A DNA stretch of 64,000 nt from an uncultured Actinomycetota bacterium (GCA_963714295.1 CAVQOE010000031.1:197251-261250); one strand, 5' to 3'. Shown: positions 35,001 to 46,275, counted from the first letter of the stretch. Numbers and translations: made by a program. The notes: generated from the sequence alone by a model not told the origin.

Positions 35001-35469
35001 CGAGGTCTTCTGTGAGCGCCGTGTCAGCTGGTCCGACCGCGCGACTCGGGTCGTTCCCGGCGGTGAACATCGACCCAGTTCGCCCGGGTCAGCGCCTCCG
35101 GCAGCTCGTGCCGGTCTTTGACCTCGCGCAGCACGACGGGAACGATGAGCTTGTGCAGCTCGACGGCCCGGTTGAGCTCTCGAAGGCACTCCGCGGAATC
35201 GCACCGACTCTGGTGTGATCACGAAAATGAATGCCTTCGAGGCGTCGATTCCCCGCACGATCCGCTCTGCCCAGTCCGAGGCCGGCCTCGATCTCCTCCC
35301 GGTCGACCCACACCCGCATCCCCCGAGCGGCCAGGTCACGGTTGAAGCTCATCGACGAAGGCCGTGTCCGCGGGGATGCGACGATAGGAGATAAACGCGT
35401 CAAAGCGCCCGTCCCCGCCAGCTGATCGGGTGTTTCCGGCGGCGCCTGTGGTGAGTTCTTGACGGACAT
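32075..35469 (-). CDS. TIR - TM - WD40 repeat protein, broken into about 10 ORF fragments by indels
   Basis: Stitched frames give FDAFISYRR, VWVDREEIE, DSAECLRELN, SFLLRGSDLRSAEQW, TM, GHSASITSIASSPDGRYLATASLDGTAQIW, CDAC tail; stop TAA at 32075. Confidence 0.8.
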
Positions 35470-35972
35470 GCCGATCAACCTCGCGCCGCTGAGGGGCGGC
35501 TGGGAGCCAGGACGGCCTTTCCTGGCTGAACTATAATCTAAGACTACGACGGGACGAATCCCGTTTGCTACGCTCCAGAATCCCAATACGGGATCGCGCG
35601 GGCGCGCCGGAGTTCTGACGGCGTAGGCCCTCTGCTCGAGTCATGGATGGACATGCCCTGTGTTATTCCGGTTAATGCGCGGGCAGAAGAATAACCGGTG
35701 CCCGGCGCTCACGGTAGTAGGATTCTGGGCGACTTTGTGTGAGAAACTTCGTGTTTGAAGGCGGATAATCTCATGCGGGATGGCGGAGGCTAGCAGCCGG
35801 GCCGGGCCAATTCCAGGCTGAGTCCCGGAACGCAGTTTACGACGACCGTTTCGCCGCCGCTACGCCCGGGGCCGCGGGCCGGCCCGGCCGACGGCCAGTG
35901 TGACCAGCGCCGCACGTCGCCGGGATTACGGTTGGAATGTTTGGTATGGCACAATCGTTAGTGCGAAAGCAA

Positions 35973-36098
35973 GCGTGCTCCGGGGTCGGTGAAACTCCGA
36001 ACCGGCGGTTACAGTCCGCGACCTGGCCGCATCCGCGGTCGGCTGATCCGGTGGAATTCCGGGACCGACGGTTAAAGTCCGGATGGGAGGCAGCACGC
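35973..36098 (+). promoter_or_regulatory. FMN riboswitch (RFN element)
   Basis: GGGGTCGGTGAAACTCCGAACCGGCGGT..AGTCCGCGA...CCGACGGTTAAAGTCCGGATGGGAG consensus with GCGTGC/GCACGC P1, upstream of rib genes. Confidence 0.95.
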
Positions 36099-36223
36099 GC
36101 GCGGTTCGGCTGAGACTGGTCGTGCCCGTGGTGGCGAATCGCCCGTCAGGCGTAATCGGGCGCGGGCGTACTAGTCCTGGGCCAGTTCGCGTCCCCCGGA
36201 GCACTGACCGGAGGAGGACGCGG

Positions 36224-36875
36224 GTGTTCACCGGCATCGTCGAGGACCTCGGCGAGGTCGAGGCGATAGAGCATGCGGGCGACTTCGCCCGGATCTACAT
36301 TCGAAGCTCCAAGGTGACCGAGGATGCCCGCCCAGGCGACTCGATCGCCGTCAACGGCGTCTGCCTGACCGTCACCGGTCTCATCGCATCCGGACGGCCC
36401 CCAGCGAGCACGAGAGCCCCCGGCGCGCGCCGTGCCGGCCCGCCCCAGCGCGGCTTCACCGCCGACGTGATGGGGGAGACTCTCCGGCGGTCCAGCCTGG
36501 TCGCCATCGTCCCCGGCACCAAGGTCAACCTGGAGCGCTCGGTCCGCCTCGAAGACCGCCTCGGCGGCCACCTCGTCCAGGGCCACATCGATGACACCGC
36601 ACGATCACGGCCGCGAGGCCCGCGAGGAGTGGGAGGTGGTCCGCATCTGCCTGCCGCCAGGCCTGGCCAGATACGTCGTGCACAAAGGCTCGATCACCGT
36701 CGACGGCATCAGCCTGACGGTGTCTGCCGTAGGGGCGGATGGTTCGAGATCAGCCTTATCCCCGAGACGCTCAAGCGGACGACGCTGGGCATTCAAACAG
36801 CCGGGCGACCAGGTCAACCTGGAGGTCGACGTGATCGCGAAGTACGTGGAGAAGCTGACCGGAGGCGCCAGGTGA
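36224..36875 (+). CDS. ribE: Riboflavin synthase (frameshifted)
   Basis: MFTGIVE, GDSIAVNGVCLTV, VNLERS, GGHLVQGH, KGSITVDGISLTV, VNLEVDVIAKY across frames. Confidence 0.92.
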
Positions 36876-38170
36876 CGGACTGACACCGAACGCAGACCTT
36901 GGAAGATGAGCTGCAACGTCGCCGAGATTTGGCGCCGGGCTCTCGCGATCCCGCTTGACGAAGTTGACCCGGGCGCATCGAAGGACATCGCGGACGGCCG
37001 CCCGGTCATCGTGGTGGACGACGCCGACAGGGAGAACGAGGGTGACATCATTTTCGCCGCCAGGAAGGCCACCCCGGAACTGCTCGCCTTCATGATCCGC
37101 TACTCCAGCGGCCTCATCTGCGTCCCGATGCGCGGCGAGGACCTGGACCGGCTGCAGCTTCCGCTGATGACCAGCGCAGAACCCGGAGCGCCATGCGCAC
37201 CGCGTTCACGATCTCGCGTCGACGCGGCGTCGGCGTCACCACCGGCATCTCCGCCGCCGACCGGGCCAGCACGATAGGCAGCTGGCCGCCAGCCCGGCGA
37301 CTGGCACGGCGACTTCGTCCGGCCAGGGCACGTCTTCCCGCTCCGCGCCCCGAGGGCGGCGTGCTCGGCCGGCCCCGGGCACACCGAGGCCGCCGTCGAC
37401 CTGGCCAGCGCTGGCCGGCCTGCCGCCGGTCGGCGTGGTCTGCGAGATCGTCAACGATGACGGCACGATGATGCGCCTGCCCGGCGCTGCGCGAGTTCGC
37501 CGACGAGCACGGCCTCGCGCTGATCTGCATCGAGCAGCTCATCGACTACCGCCGCCGCACCGAGCGCCTGGTCACCCGCGTCGCGCAGACGGTCGATCCC
37601 GAACGAGTACGGCAGCTGGAACGCCTACGGCTACCGCTGCGACATCGACGACACCGAGCACCTGGCTCTGGTCCTCGGCGACATGGCGCGGCGACGGCAA
37701 GGACGTGCTGACCCGGGTCCACTCCGAATGCCTCACCGGCGACGTGTTCGGCTCGCAGCGCTGCGACTGCGGCGCCCAGCTGCAGGCGGCCATGGCGAGC
37801 GATCGCCGAGCGCGGCCGCGGCGTCGTGCTCTACCTGCGCGGCCACGAGGGCCGGGGCATCGGCCTGCTCGTCCAAGCTGCAGGCATACGAGCTGCAGGA
37901 CGCGGCGTTGACACCGTGGACGCCAACCTCGAGCTCGGCCTGCCGGTGGACGCGCGCGAGTACTCGGTGGCCGCGCAGCTCCTCGACGACCTCGGCGTCC
38001 GCTCGGTGCGGCTGCTGACCAACAACCCCGCCAAGGTCGACGCGCTCGCCGCCCACGGCTTCGGCGTGACCCGCATCCCGCTGCCGCCGCAGATCACCCC
38101 GCACAACCTCCGCTACCTCACCACCAAGCGCGACCGCCTCGGCCACCAGATAACCCTGCTACGGGGATGA
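36872..38170 (+). CDS. ribBA: Bifunctional DHBP synthase / GTP cyclohydrolase II (multiple frameshifts)
   Basis: [60 protein letters not shown] across frames. Confidence 0.92.
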
Positions 38171-38232
38171 CCCCCCGAGCCCGCCGCAGACTCTACATCC
38201 CGACGACGTGTTCCGCCCAGGCAGATTCCTGA

Positions 38233-38781
<549 letters not shown>

Positions 38782-38970
38782 CGGCGCCGCGTTAGCCGCG
38801 GCTGCACCCCCGCAGCCCCAGCCAGGACCGATCCGCGGTCAGCGCCGCCGAGCGCGCCGATTGCCAGGCGGCCGCTGGCCAAGGGCCTCGCGCATGACGT
38901 CGGCGCTTTCCGTGTCCTGCCCGCGAAGTCCTAGCCCGCGAAAGCTCTTCACCGGAAGAGAGATTCACCC

Positions 38971-39846
38971 ATGCTGTCACTGGTACTGCCCAAGGGCTCA
39001 CTCGAAAAAGCCACCCTCGATCTCTTCGACGCCGCCGACCTGACCGTGCGGCGGGCGTCGGACCGCGACTACCACGCCTCGATCGACGACCCGCGGATCG
39101 AGCGGGTGCGCTTCCTGCGCCCGCAGGAGATCCCCTCCTACCTCGAGCGGGGCCTGTTCGACATCGGCATCACCGGCCGCGACTGGATCACCGAGACGCA
39201 GGCGGACGTCACCTCGCTCGGCGAACTGCAGTACTCCAAGGCCACGTCCAACCCGGTGCGGGTCGTGCTCGCCGTGCCGGACGGCGCGCCGTGGCAGTCG
39301 GTCTCGGATCTGCCCGACGGGATCCGGATCTCCACCGAGTTCCCGTCGCTGACCGAGCGCTACCTCGCCGAGCACGGGGTCAAGGCGATGATCGTGCCGT
39401 CCTACGGCGCGACCGAGGCGAAGGTGCCCGACATCGTGGACGCGATCGTCGACCTCACCGAGACCGGGTCGTCGCTGCGCAAGAACGGGCTGCGCATCCT
39501 GGAGACGATCCTGACCAGCTACACCGAGCTCGTCGCCTGCGGCGCCGCCTACGCCGACGGGGAGAAGCGGGCCGCCATGGAGGACATCGCGCTGCTGCTC
39601 CGCGGCGCCATCCAGGCCCGCGGCCACGTGCTGCTCAAGCTCAACGTGCCGAGCGGCAAGCTCGCGGCGGTGACCGCGATGCTGCCCGCGATGTCCTCGC
39701 CGACGGTCACCGCGCTGGCCAACACGAGCATGAACGCGCTCGAGACGGTGGTGCCCAAGCGCGGCGTCAACACCCTGATCCCGGCGCTCAAGGCGGCCGG
39801 CGCCCGGGACATCCTGGAGATCCCGATCTCTAAGATCGTGGAGTGA
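38971..39846 (+). CDS. hisG: ATP phosphoribosyltransferase (long form)
   Basis: LPKGSLE, RPQEIP, DIGITGRDW, GATEAK, DAIVDLTETGSSL, C-terminal regulatory domain. Confidence 0.95.
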   Translation: MLSLVLPKGSLEKATLDLFDAADLTVRRASDRDYHASIDDPRIERVRFLRPQEIPSYLERGLFDIGITGRDWITETQADVTSLGELQYSKATSNPVRVVLAVPDGAPWQSVSDLPDGIRISTEFPSLTERYLAEHGVKAMIVPSYGATEAKVPDIVDAIVDLTETGSSLRKNGLRILETILTSYTELVACGAAYADGEKRAAMEDIALLLRGAIQARGHVLLKLNVPSGKLAAVTAMLPAMSSPTVTALANTSMNALETVVPKRGVNTLIPALKAAGARDILEIPISKIVE

Positions 39847-40301
39847 GCATCCGACGTAACACCGCGCGCGTCCTTCCTGTCGATCAGGAGGGGCGCGTGC
39901 TGCTTCTGCACGGCTGGGACCCGGAGCGGCCGGGCGACCCGTTCTGGTTCACGATCGGCGGCGCCGCCGAGCATGGCGAGACGCTGCGCCAGGCGGCCGC
40001 GCGGGAGCTGCGGGAGGAGGTCGGCATCACCGTTGACCCGGCGCTGCTGGGCGAGCCGATCGAGACCGCCCCGATCGAATTCTGGTGGGGAGGCTTTCAT
40101 TTCCTGCAGGATCAGACGTTCTACGCGATCGCGCTGGCGGACGCCGCCGTGAGCTTCGCGGGCCAGGAGGCACTGGAACGGGCGACGATCGACAAACACG
40201 GGTGGCTGCATCCCGAAGATCTGGCCGCGGCCGGCCAGCGGCAGGCCGACCCCGAGCTGCCGCGGCTGATGCGGCTGGCGGCCGCCTCGGTCCTCGGGTA
40301 G
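39843..40301 (+). CDS. NUDIX hydrolase
   Basis: GGAAEHGETLRQAAARELREEVG Nudix box. Confidence 0.92.
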   Translation: MSIRRNTARVLPVDQEGRVLLLHGWDPERPGDPFWFTIGGAAEHGETLRQAAARELREEVGITVDPALLGEPIETAPIEFWWGGFHFLQDQTFYAIALADAAVSFAGQEALERATIDKHGWLHPEDLAAAGQRQADPELPRLMRLAAASVLG

Positions 40302-40412
40302 GCATATTGAGCGCTTGCTCCGGGTTCAATTAACCAATCGCTAAACCAGCGTAGCCGGGTCTGGCGGCGCTGCCGTAGCGTGGCATTACCGGTGAGACTT
40401 CGAGGTGGGGCT

Positions 40413-41537
40413 GTGCGCGACATCCTGGACACGATCGTCAAGTGGTGGGACGGAGACGAGACGTTCGGCCTTGCCACCGTGGTCGGCACGTTCCGCAGCG
40501 CGCCGCGTGACCCCGGGGCCGCGCTGGCGGTCGAGCCCGGCGGCGAGGTGATCGGCTCGGTCTCCGGCGGCTGCGTCGAGGGTGCCGTCTACGAGCTTGC
40601 GAACGAGGTCGCCGAGGCCGGCCAGCCGGTCCTGCAGCGTTATGGATTCAGCGACGATGATGCCTTCGCGGTCGGCCTGACCTGCGGCGGCATCATCGAC
40701 ATCTTCGCCGAGCCGGTCAGCAAGCAGACCTTCCCCGAGCTGGGCGAGATCGCCGCGGCGGTCGGGCGGGGCGAGCCGGTGGCGGTGGCGACGGTCATCT
40801 CCGGGCCTGGGCAGGTCGGCGCGCGCCGGGTGATCTGGGGGGACGCCGGCCGGCCGTCTACCGGGTCGCTTGGCGCGGGAGAGCGGCTCGACGCCGCGGC
40901 CGACGATGATGTGCGCGGCATGCTGTCGGCCGGGCTGACCGGCACCCGCCGCTACGGCGAGCATGGCGAGCGGCTGGGCGACGAGCTGGCCGTGTTCGTG
41001 AACTCGTTCGCGCCACCGCCCCGGATGCTGGTGTTCGGCGCGATCGACTTCGCCGCCGCGGTGGCGCGGGTCGGCAAGTTCCTCGGCTACCACGTGACGG
41101 TGTGCGACGCGCGGCCGGTCTTCGCCACCAAGGCCCGGTTCCCCGACGCGGACGAGGTCGTGGTCGACTGGCCGCACCGGTTCCTGGCCAGCGCCGAGGT
41201 CGACGAGCGGACGGTGATCTGCGTCCTCACCCATGACCCGAAGTTCGACGTGCCGGTGCTTGAGGTGGCGCTGCGCACCCCGGCCGGCTACGTCGGCGCG
41301 ATGGGGTCGCGGCTGACGCACACCGACCGCCTGGAGCGGCTGCGCGCCATCGGGATGACCGAGGCCGAGCTGGCCCGGCTGCGCTCCCCGATCGGCCTTG
41401 ACCTGGGCGCCCGGACCCCGGAGGAGACGGCGGTCTCGATCGCCGCCGAGCTCATACAGCTCCGCTGGGGCGGCACCGGCCAGGCGCTGACGACCACCGA
41501 CGGCCGCATCCACAGCGATACGCCGGTCGGTGCCTGA
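40413..41537 (+). CDS. XdhC/CoxI family molybdoenzyme accessory protein
   Basis: GSVSGGCVE, GLTCGG, LTHDPKFD, YVGAMGSR, PIGLDLGARTPEETAVSIAAE. Confidence 0.93.
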   Translation: MRDILDTIVKWWDGDETFGLATVVGTFRSAPRDPGAALAVEPGGEVIGSVSGGCVEGAVYELANEVAEAGQPVLQRYGFSDDDAFAVGLTCGGIIDIFAEPVSKQTFPELGEIAAAVGRGEPVAVATVISGPGQVGARRVIWGDAGRPSTGSLGAGERLDAAADDDVRGMLSAGLTGTRRYGEHGERLGDELAVFVNSFAPPPRMLVFGAIDFAAAVARVGKFLGYHVTVCDARPVFATKARFPDADEVVVDWPHRFLASAEVDERTVICVLTHDPKFDVPVLEVALRTPAGYVGAMGSRLTHTDRLERLRAIGMTEAELARLRSPIGLDLGARTPEETAVSIAAELIQLRWGGTGQALTTTDGRIHSDTPVGA

Positions 41538-41542
41538 CCGGA

Positions 41543-42181
41543 TCAGTCCTGGCGGCCGGTGAAGGCCAGCCGGGTGCCAATGGCGATCATGGCCAGCCCG
41601 CCGGTGCCGCCGAGGAGGGCGAGCCGCCGCGGTGAACGGGCCAGCCACGCGCGGGCGGTGCCCGCCGCCAGCGCCCAGGTACCGTCGCTGATCAGGGCGA
41701 TCCCGGCGAAGATGGCGCCCAGCGCGATGATCTGCAGGGGCACGTGACCCGCCTGGCGGTCCACGAATTGCGGCAGGATGGCGGCGAAGAAGACGATCAC
41801 CTTCGGGTTGGTGACGCCCACGGTGAACCCGTCGATCACCAGCCGCGCGGCGGTCTTCCGCTCGATCTGCGCGCCAAGCGCGGCCGCCAGCGAATGCCGG
41901 TGCCTGATGGCCTGGACGCCGAGGAACACCAGGTAGCAGGCGCCGGCCAGCTTGAGCACGGTGAACAGCGCGACCGACCGCTCGACCAGCGGCCCGAGGC
42001 CGAACGCGACCAGCATCACCTGCGTGAACGCCCCGGCGGTGTTACCCGCCACGGTGGCCACCCCGGCCACCCGGCCGAGCGCGATGGCCCGGCTGACCGT
42101 GAACAGCACGCTCGGCCCGGGGATGGCGATGAGCACAAACGCGGTGAGCGTGAACGCCAGCAGATGCGTGGTCGGGAGCAT
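41543..42181 (-). CDS. LysE/RhtB family translocator
   Basis: IPGPSVL, KLAGACYL, TNPK motifs; hydrophobic. Confidence 0.92.
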   Translation of the reverse strand: MLPTTHLLAFTLTAFVLIAIPGPSVLFTVSRAIALGRVAGVATVAGNTAGAFTQVMLVAFGLGPLVERSVALFTVLKLAGACYLVFLGVQAIRHRHSLAAALGAQIERKTAARLVIDGFTVGVTNPKVIVFFAAILPQFVDRQAGHVPLQIIALGAIFAGIALISDGTWALAAGTARAWLARSPRRLALLGGTGGLAMIAIGTRLAFTGRQD

Positions 42182-42254
42182 CCACCTAGGCTAGGAGGGT
42201 CTGTCGGCCGGCGCCACGGAATATCGTCCGCGCCGGGGAACGGGGTGGTCGCTG

Positions 42255-42851
42255 GTGTCAGTCGCAGGAATACTGCTCGCGGCGGGAAACGGGTCCCGCC
42301 TCGGGCGGCCGAAGGCAACCGTTGAGCTGGCCGGGTCCACGCTGGCCGAGCGCGGGGTCGCGCTGCTGCGCGACGGCGGCGCCGACCCGGTGATCGTGGT
42401 GACGGGCGCGGTACCGGTGGAGATCCCCGGTGTGATCGCCGTGCACAACCCGGACTGGGAGAGCGGGATGGGATCCTCACTGGCGACGGGGCTGCTCGCA
42501 CTGGGCAGCGGTGACAGCGAGGCGGCGCTGATCGCGCTCGCGGACCAGCCGCTCATCGGCGCCGAGGCGGCCAGCAGGCTGATCGCGGCCTTCCGCTCCG
42601 GTGCCACCGTGGCGGTCGCCGCCTACGACGGGAAGCCGCGCAACCCGGTCCTCATCGCCCGGCGGCACTGGCCGGCCGTGCTTGGACTGGCGGCCGGGGA
42701 CACCGGGGCGCGCCCCTTCCTGCGGGCGCACCCCGAGCTCATCACGCTCATCGAGTGCGGTGACACGGGCAGCCCGGACGACGTGGACACCCCGGAAGAC
42801 CTAGCGCGGGTCCGGCGCGAAGCCACCGTCCGTTCTAAGAAAAGTTCCTGA
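42255..42851 (+). CDS. MobA/MocA-like nucleotidyltransferase
   Basis: LLAAGNGSRLGRPK, NPDWESGMGSSL, LADQP, GDTGAR, DVDTPED. Confidence 0.9.
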   Translation: MSVAGILLAAGNGSRLGRPKATVELAGSTLAERGVALLRDGGADPVIVVTGAVPVEIPGVIAVHNPDWESGMGSSLATGLLALGSGDSEAALIALADQPLIGAEAASRLIAAFRSGATVAVAAYDGKPRNPVLIARRHWPAVLGLAAGDTGARPFLRAHPELITLIECGDTGSPDDVDTPEDLARVRREATVRSKKSS

Positions 42852-43753
42852 TCCCCCAGCGGACGGTGACCGATTCCCGCGGCTGCAGGACGATCAGCTG
42901 GTCGCCGCTCACGAACGCGTTGGGCGGGCAGGTCATCGGCTCGACCGCGAGCGCGGCGCGCCTGTGCGCGGGCTCAAGGCCGTCGCTGGTGAACACCTGC
43001 AGCCACCCGCAGCTGGAGTCCATCCACAGCCCCGTGCGCCTGCCGCCGGTCGCCAGCCGGACCCAGGCGAGGCCGTCCGCCTCGCGGCGCAGCCCGGTGA
43101 ACGCGGTGTCGAGCTTGGTGTCGCCGATCTTGCGCGGGGTCCGGAAGTCGTATTCGCCGCCGGTCACATCCCGCGGCGGGCCGGACGGGATGAGGCGCTC
43201 GTCGACCGGCAGCCACGAGTCGGCGGGCAGCGTCAGCTCGCAGTCGTCGACCGTCGGCGACGCCACGGTCAGGTACGGGTGATGGCCGTACCCCCAGGGG
43301 GCCGGGCGGCTGCCCTTGTTGGTGGCGGTGATGCTGACGTGCAGGCCGGAGCCGGCGTCGAGCCGGTAGGTCGCGTCGACCTGCACGGCGAACGGGTAAC
43401 CCTGCCCGCCGTGCGGGATGCTGGTCAGCGTCACCTGGTCCTCGTCGTGCGCGGTCCGCGACCACGGAACCCAGCGGGTCAGGCCGTGGATCGCGTTGCC
43501 CAGGGCCGGGCTCGGACAGGGCTAGCTGGTACCGCGAGCCGCCGAAGGAGTAGCGGCCGCCGTCGACGCGGTTCGGCCAGGGGGTGAGCAGCTCGCCAGC
43601 GCTATGCAGCGGCAGGTCATCGGCGTCATAGCCGATGACAAGCGGGGTCCCAGCGTGCTCGAGTTCCCGCAGGCCGGCGCCGAGCTCGGTTACGGTAGCC
43701 CGGTAGTCGCCAGCCTCGATCTCGTATTGCGTGCCGGTAAGCGGGATCGTCAT
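42835..43753 (-). CDS. Aldose 1-epimerase family protein (frameshift near 43510)
   Basis: PWPNRVDGGRY, NAIHG (shifted frame), GHHPY, LDTAF, AVEPMTCPPNAF. Confidence 0.9.
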
Positions 43754-44253
43754 GCCGATCAGCATACGGAAAACGCACGCCTAGCGCGTGGGGCCGGCGC
43801 CCCAAGTTTGCTGGCGTCACCGGCCGCGGACCGGGGGCGGGGCGCGGCTTCGGCCGGGAACGCGGCAGGCCGACGGCGGAGAATAGCACAGATTGAATTA
43901 TTAACATGATCAAACAGAATGGCGGGAACCCATCGCGTTTGCCGCACAACTGCGGCTAAAGTTAAATAGCCGGCGGGGCTGACGGTCCCCCGCTCCCCAA
44001 GCAGCCCCGTCGGCCCACCTCCGTAGAAACTGTCGTGCACCGACCCTCGCCATCGCCCCGCGAAAAAGCAAAACGGCAGCGCAACGCGGGTAACAGAAAT
44101 GGACAAGCGTGCCATCAGAAACGCAGTTCGCGTTTATCGCATGGCTCACATAAATGGCATATGTGCCATGCTGCGCAACCGTTACGTGCAACTGTTATTC
44201 GAATTTCCGCAGTTTATTTTATTGGCGTTGGCCGAACGCGGGCCGCGGTGCGA

Positions 44254-46275
44254 TCAGCCCCGGCGCGGGGCCAGCCGCCCGTTGCGGAGCGCCTCGGCGG
44301 CAAGCACGCCGAATAGGTAGAAGTAGGCGGCTTCCTCATCCTCGAAGAAGCGCACCTCGTGCCGGGCGTCCTCGGCACAGCTGAATACCTCGTACCCGCC
44401 ATCGGTCTTGAACAGGCACATGGCCCCGGTGACCTCTTCGTCGACCGCGTACGAGGAGCGCGGGACATCGGCCATGTCGACCAGATCGGCGAAGATCGCG
44501 GACATGGCGAGGCGCGGCTTGCGCGCCGCCCGCCGTCCCCTGACCGCGCTGGCCGCCCGGCCCAGCGGCCCGGCCGGGGCCGGGCGCGACGGCTGGTCGC
44601 CGCGGCGCGCCGACGTCGGAGGCGCCGACGTCGGGGCCGCCGACGCGGTGGATGCCTGCACCGGAGCAGCCGCGGGCGTCGGCGTTGCCGGGAGCGGCTC
44701 GGTCGTCGTGCGGGTCGCCGGCGGTGCGACGGCCTGCGGTGCGACGGCCTGCGGTGCGGGCGCCGCCGCCACCGGAGCCTGGCCGGAAAGCGGCATGCCG
44801 AGGTTGACCGGCCCGGTGGTTCCCGCTGTCCCGGCCGTCCCGGCCGTCACCGCCCCGCCGGCGTCTGCCAGGGGGGCGGGCGCGGCGGGCGGAGGCGTGA
44901 ACTGGGGCACCTGAGGCGCGGCGGGCTGGGCGGTTTGCTGGAGCGGCGGCTGGCCGGCGGGGCCTGCTGGTCCCGCTGCGCCGGGGCCGGCTGGACCGGC
45001 GGTGTGAACTGCGGGGCGGCGGTCAGCCCGCTGGCTTGCCCCGCCGCTGGCGTGCCCTGCTCGGCCGGCGCGTACCCGCCGGCCGTGAGCCCGTTCTGCG
45101 GCGCGACGCTCTGGGGGAGGACGTTCTGCGAGATCCCGTTCTGCGAGATCCTGTTCTGTGCGGTCCCGCCGACGGTCTGCGGGTCGACGTTCGGCTGGTA
45201 ATACCACGTGCCGTTGCCGTCAGGCACTGGCGATCCATGCCACGCGACCACGGCGCGGCGGCTGGGCGTTCGCGGGCTGCGGTGCGCCCGCCGTCTGCTG
45301 CGCTGCGGGCGCGGTGCCTCCCGGGAACTGCTGCGCCATCCCGGGCTGTGCCATGCCGGGCTGTGCCATCACCTGTTGCGCCGCGCCCGGTTGCGCGTTG
45401 CCCGGTTGCGCCGCGAATGCCTGCTGCCGGCCGCGGTTGCGCCGGCTCGCAAACTGCTGTGAGACCGGTGATGCCTGGGGTGCGCCCGAGGGCACACCAG
45501 GCGCCTGGGGCAGGGCGGACTGGGGCTGGGCCTGCGGCGCGGACTGGGCCATTGCCTGCTGCGCCGGCGCCGGCGCCGGCAGCGGTTGCTGCGCGGCCGG
45601 CTGCGATGGCTGCTGCGCGGCCGCGGGCAGCTGGTAAGCCCCGGCGACGGCCGGCTGCCCGTTCCACGCCGCGATCGCGCTGCTGGCACCTGGGCCGCCG
45701 GGACGCTGGGCCCCCGGGTTCTGCCCGCCGCTGGCCAGGGCCATCCGCCCGGCCATGTTTCCGCCGTTCCCCGCGTCAGCGCCGGCCCGGGACCCGGAGC
45801 CAGAACCGTTGCCGGCCCCGCCATCGCCGGCGTTCAGCGCCCGCGGCGGCGCGGACGCCCGCGGCAGCGCGGACAGCAGCATCGCGATGGGGAACTCATG
45901 GCGTTCCTCGGCCAGGTCGGAGACCTCGTGCCGTTGCACGACCACCTCGAACACGCCCCGGTCGACCTGCCAGTAGCCCAGTTGCCCGGCCCGCCGCTCG
46001 TCCATGCCCAGGTAGACGATGTGCAGCCGGTCGCCCAGGTCGTCCAGCACCAGGCACGGCTCGCCGTGGTAGGAGCCGATCGGCCGAGATTCCCACAGGC
46101 CTTCGAGGTCGTCGAGCCGTACCTGCTTGCGCCAGATGCCGCCGCCAGGAACGGGGGAGAAGCCGTGCTCCTCCGGCGGGGGCGGAGCGGCGAACAACGT
46201 GACATCGCGGTCGGACGGGCCCACCGCCGCCTGATAGGAAGCGCCCAGGTAGGAGGCCATCAGCCGGTATCGCAT
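44254..46275 (-). CDS. Two-domain protein with a long Gln/Pro/Ala low-complexity linker (frameshifts near 45250 and 44990)
   Basis: Globular N-terminal domain (ORF 45220), AQPG/SQN repeats, and C-terminal domain VPRSSYAVD..GAMCL...YEVF...F.DEEAAYFYLFGVL (ORF 44254). Confidence 0.6.

Noticed and set aside
40413-42851. XdhC plus MocA-like genes as a novel module
   Set aside because: A common pair of molybdoenzyme maturation genes in actinobacteria; target enzymes are presumably elsewhere.
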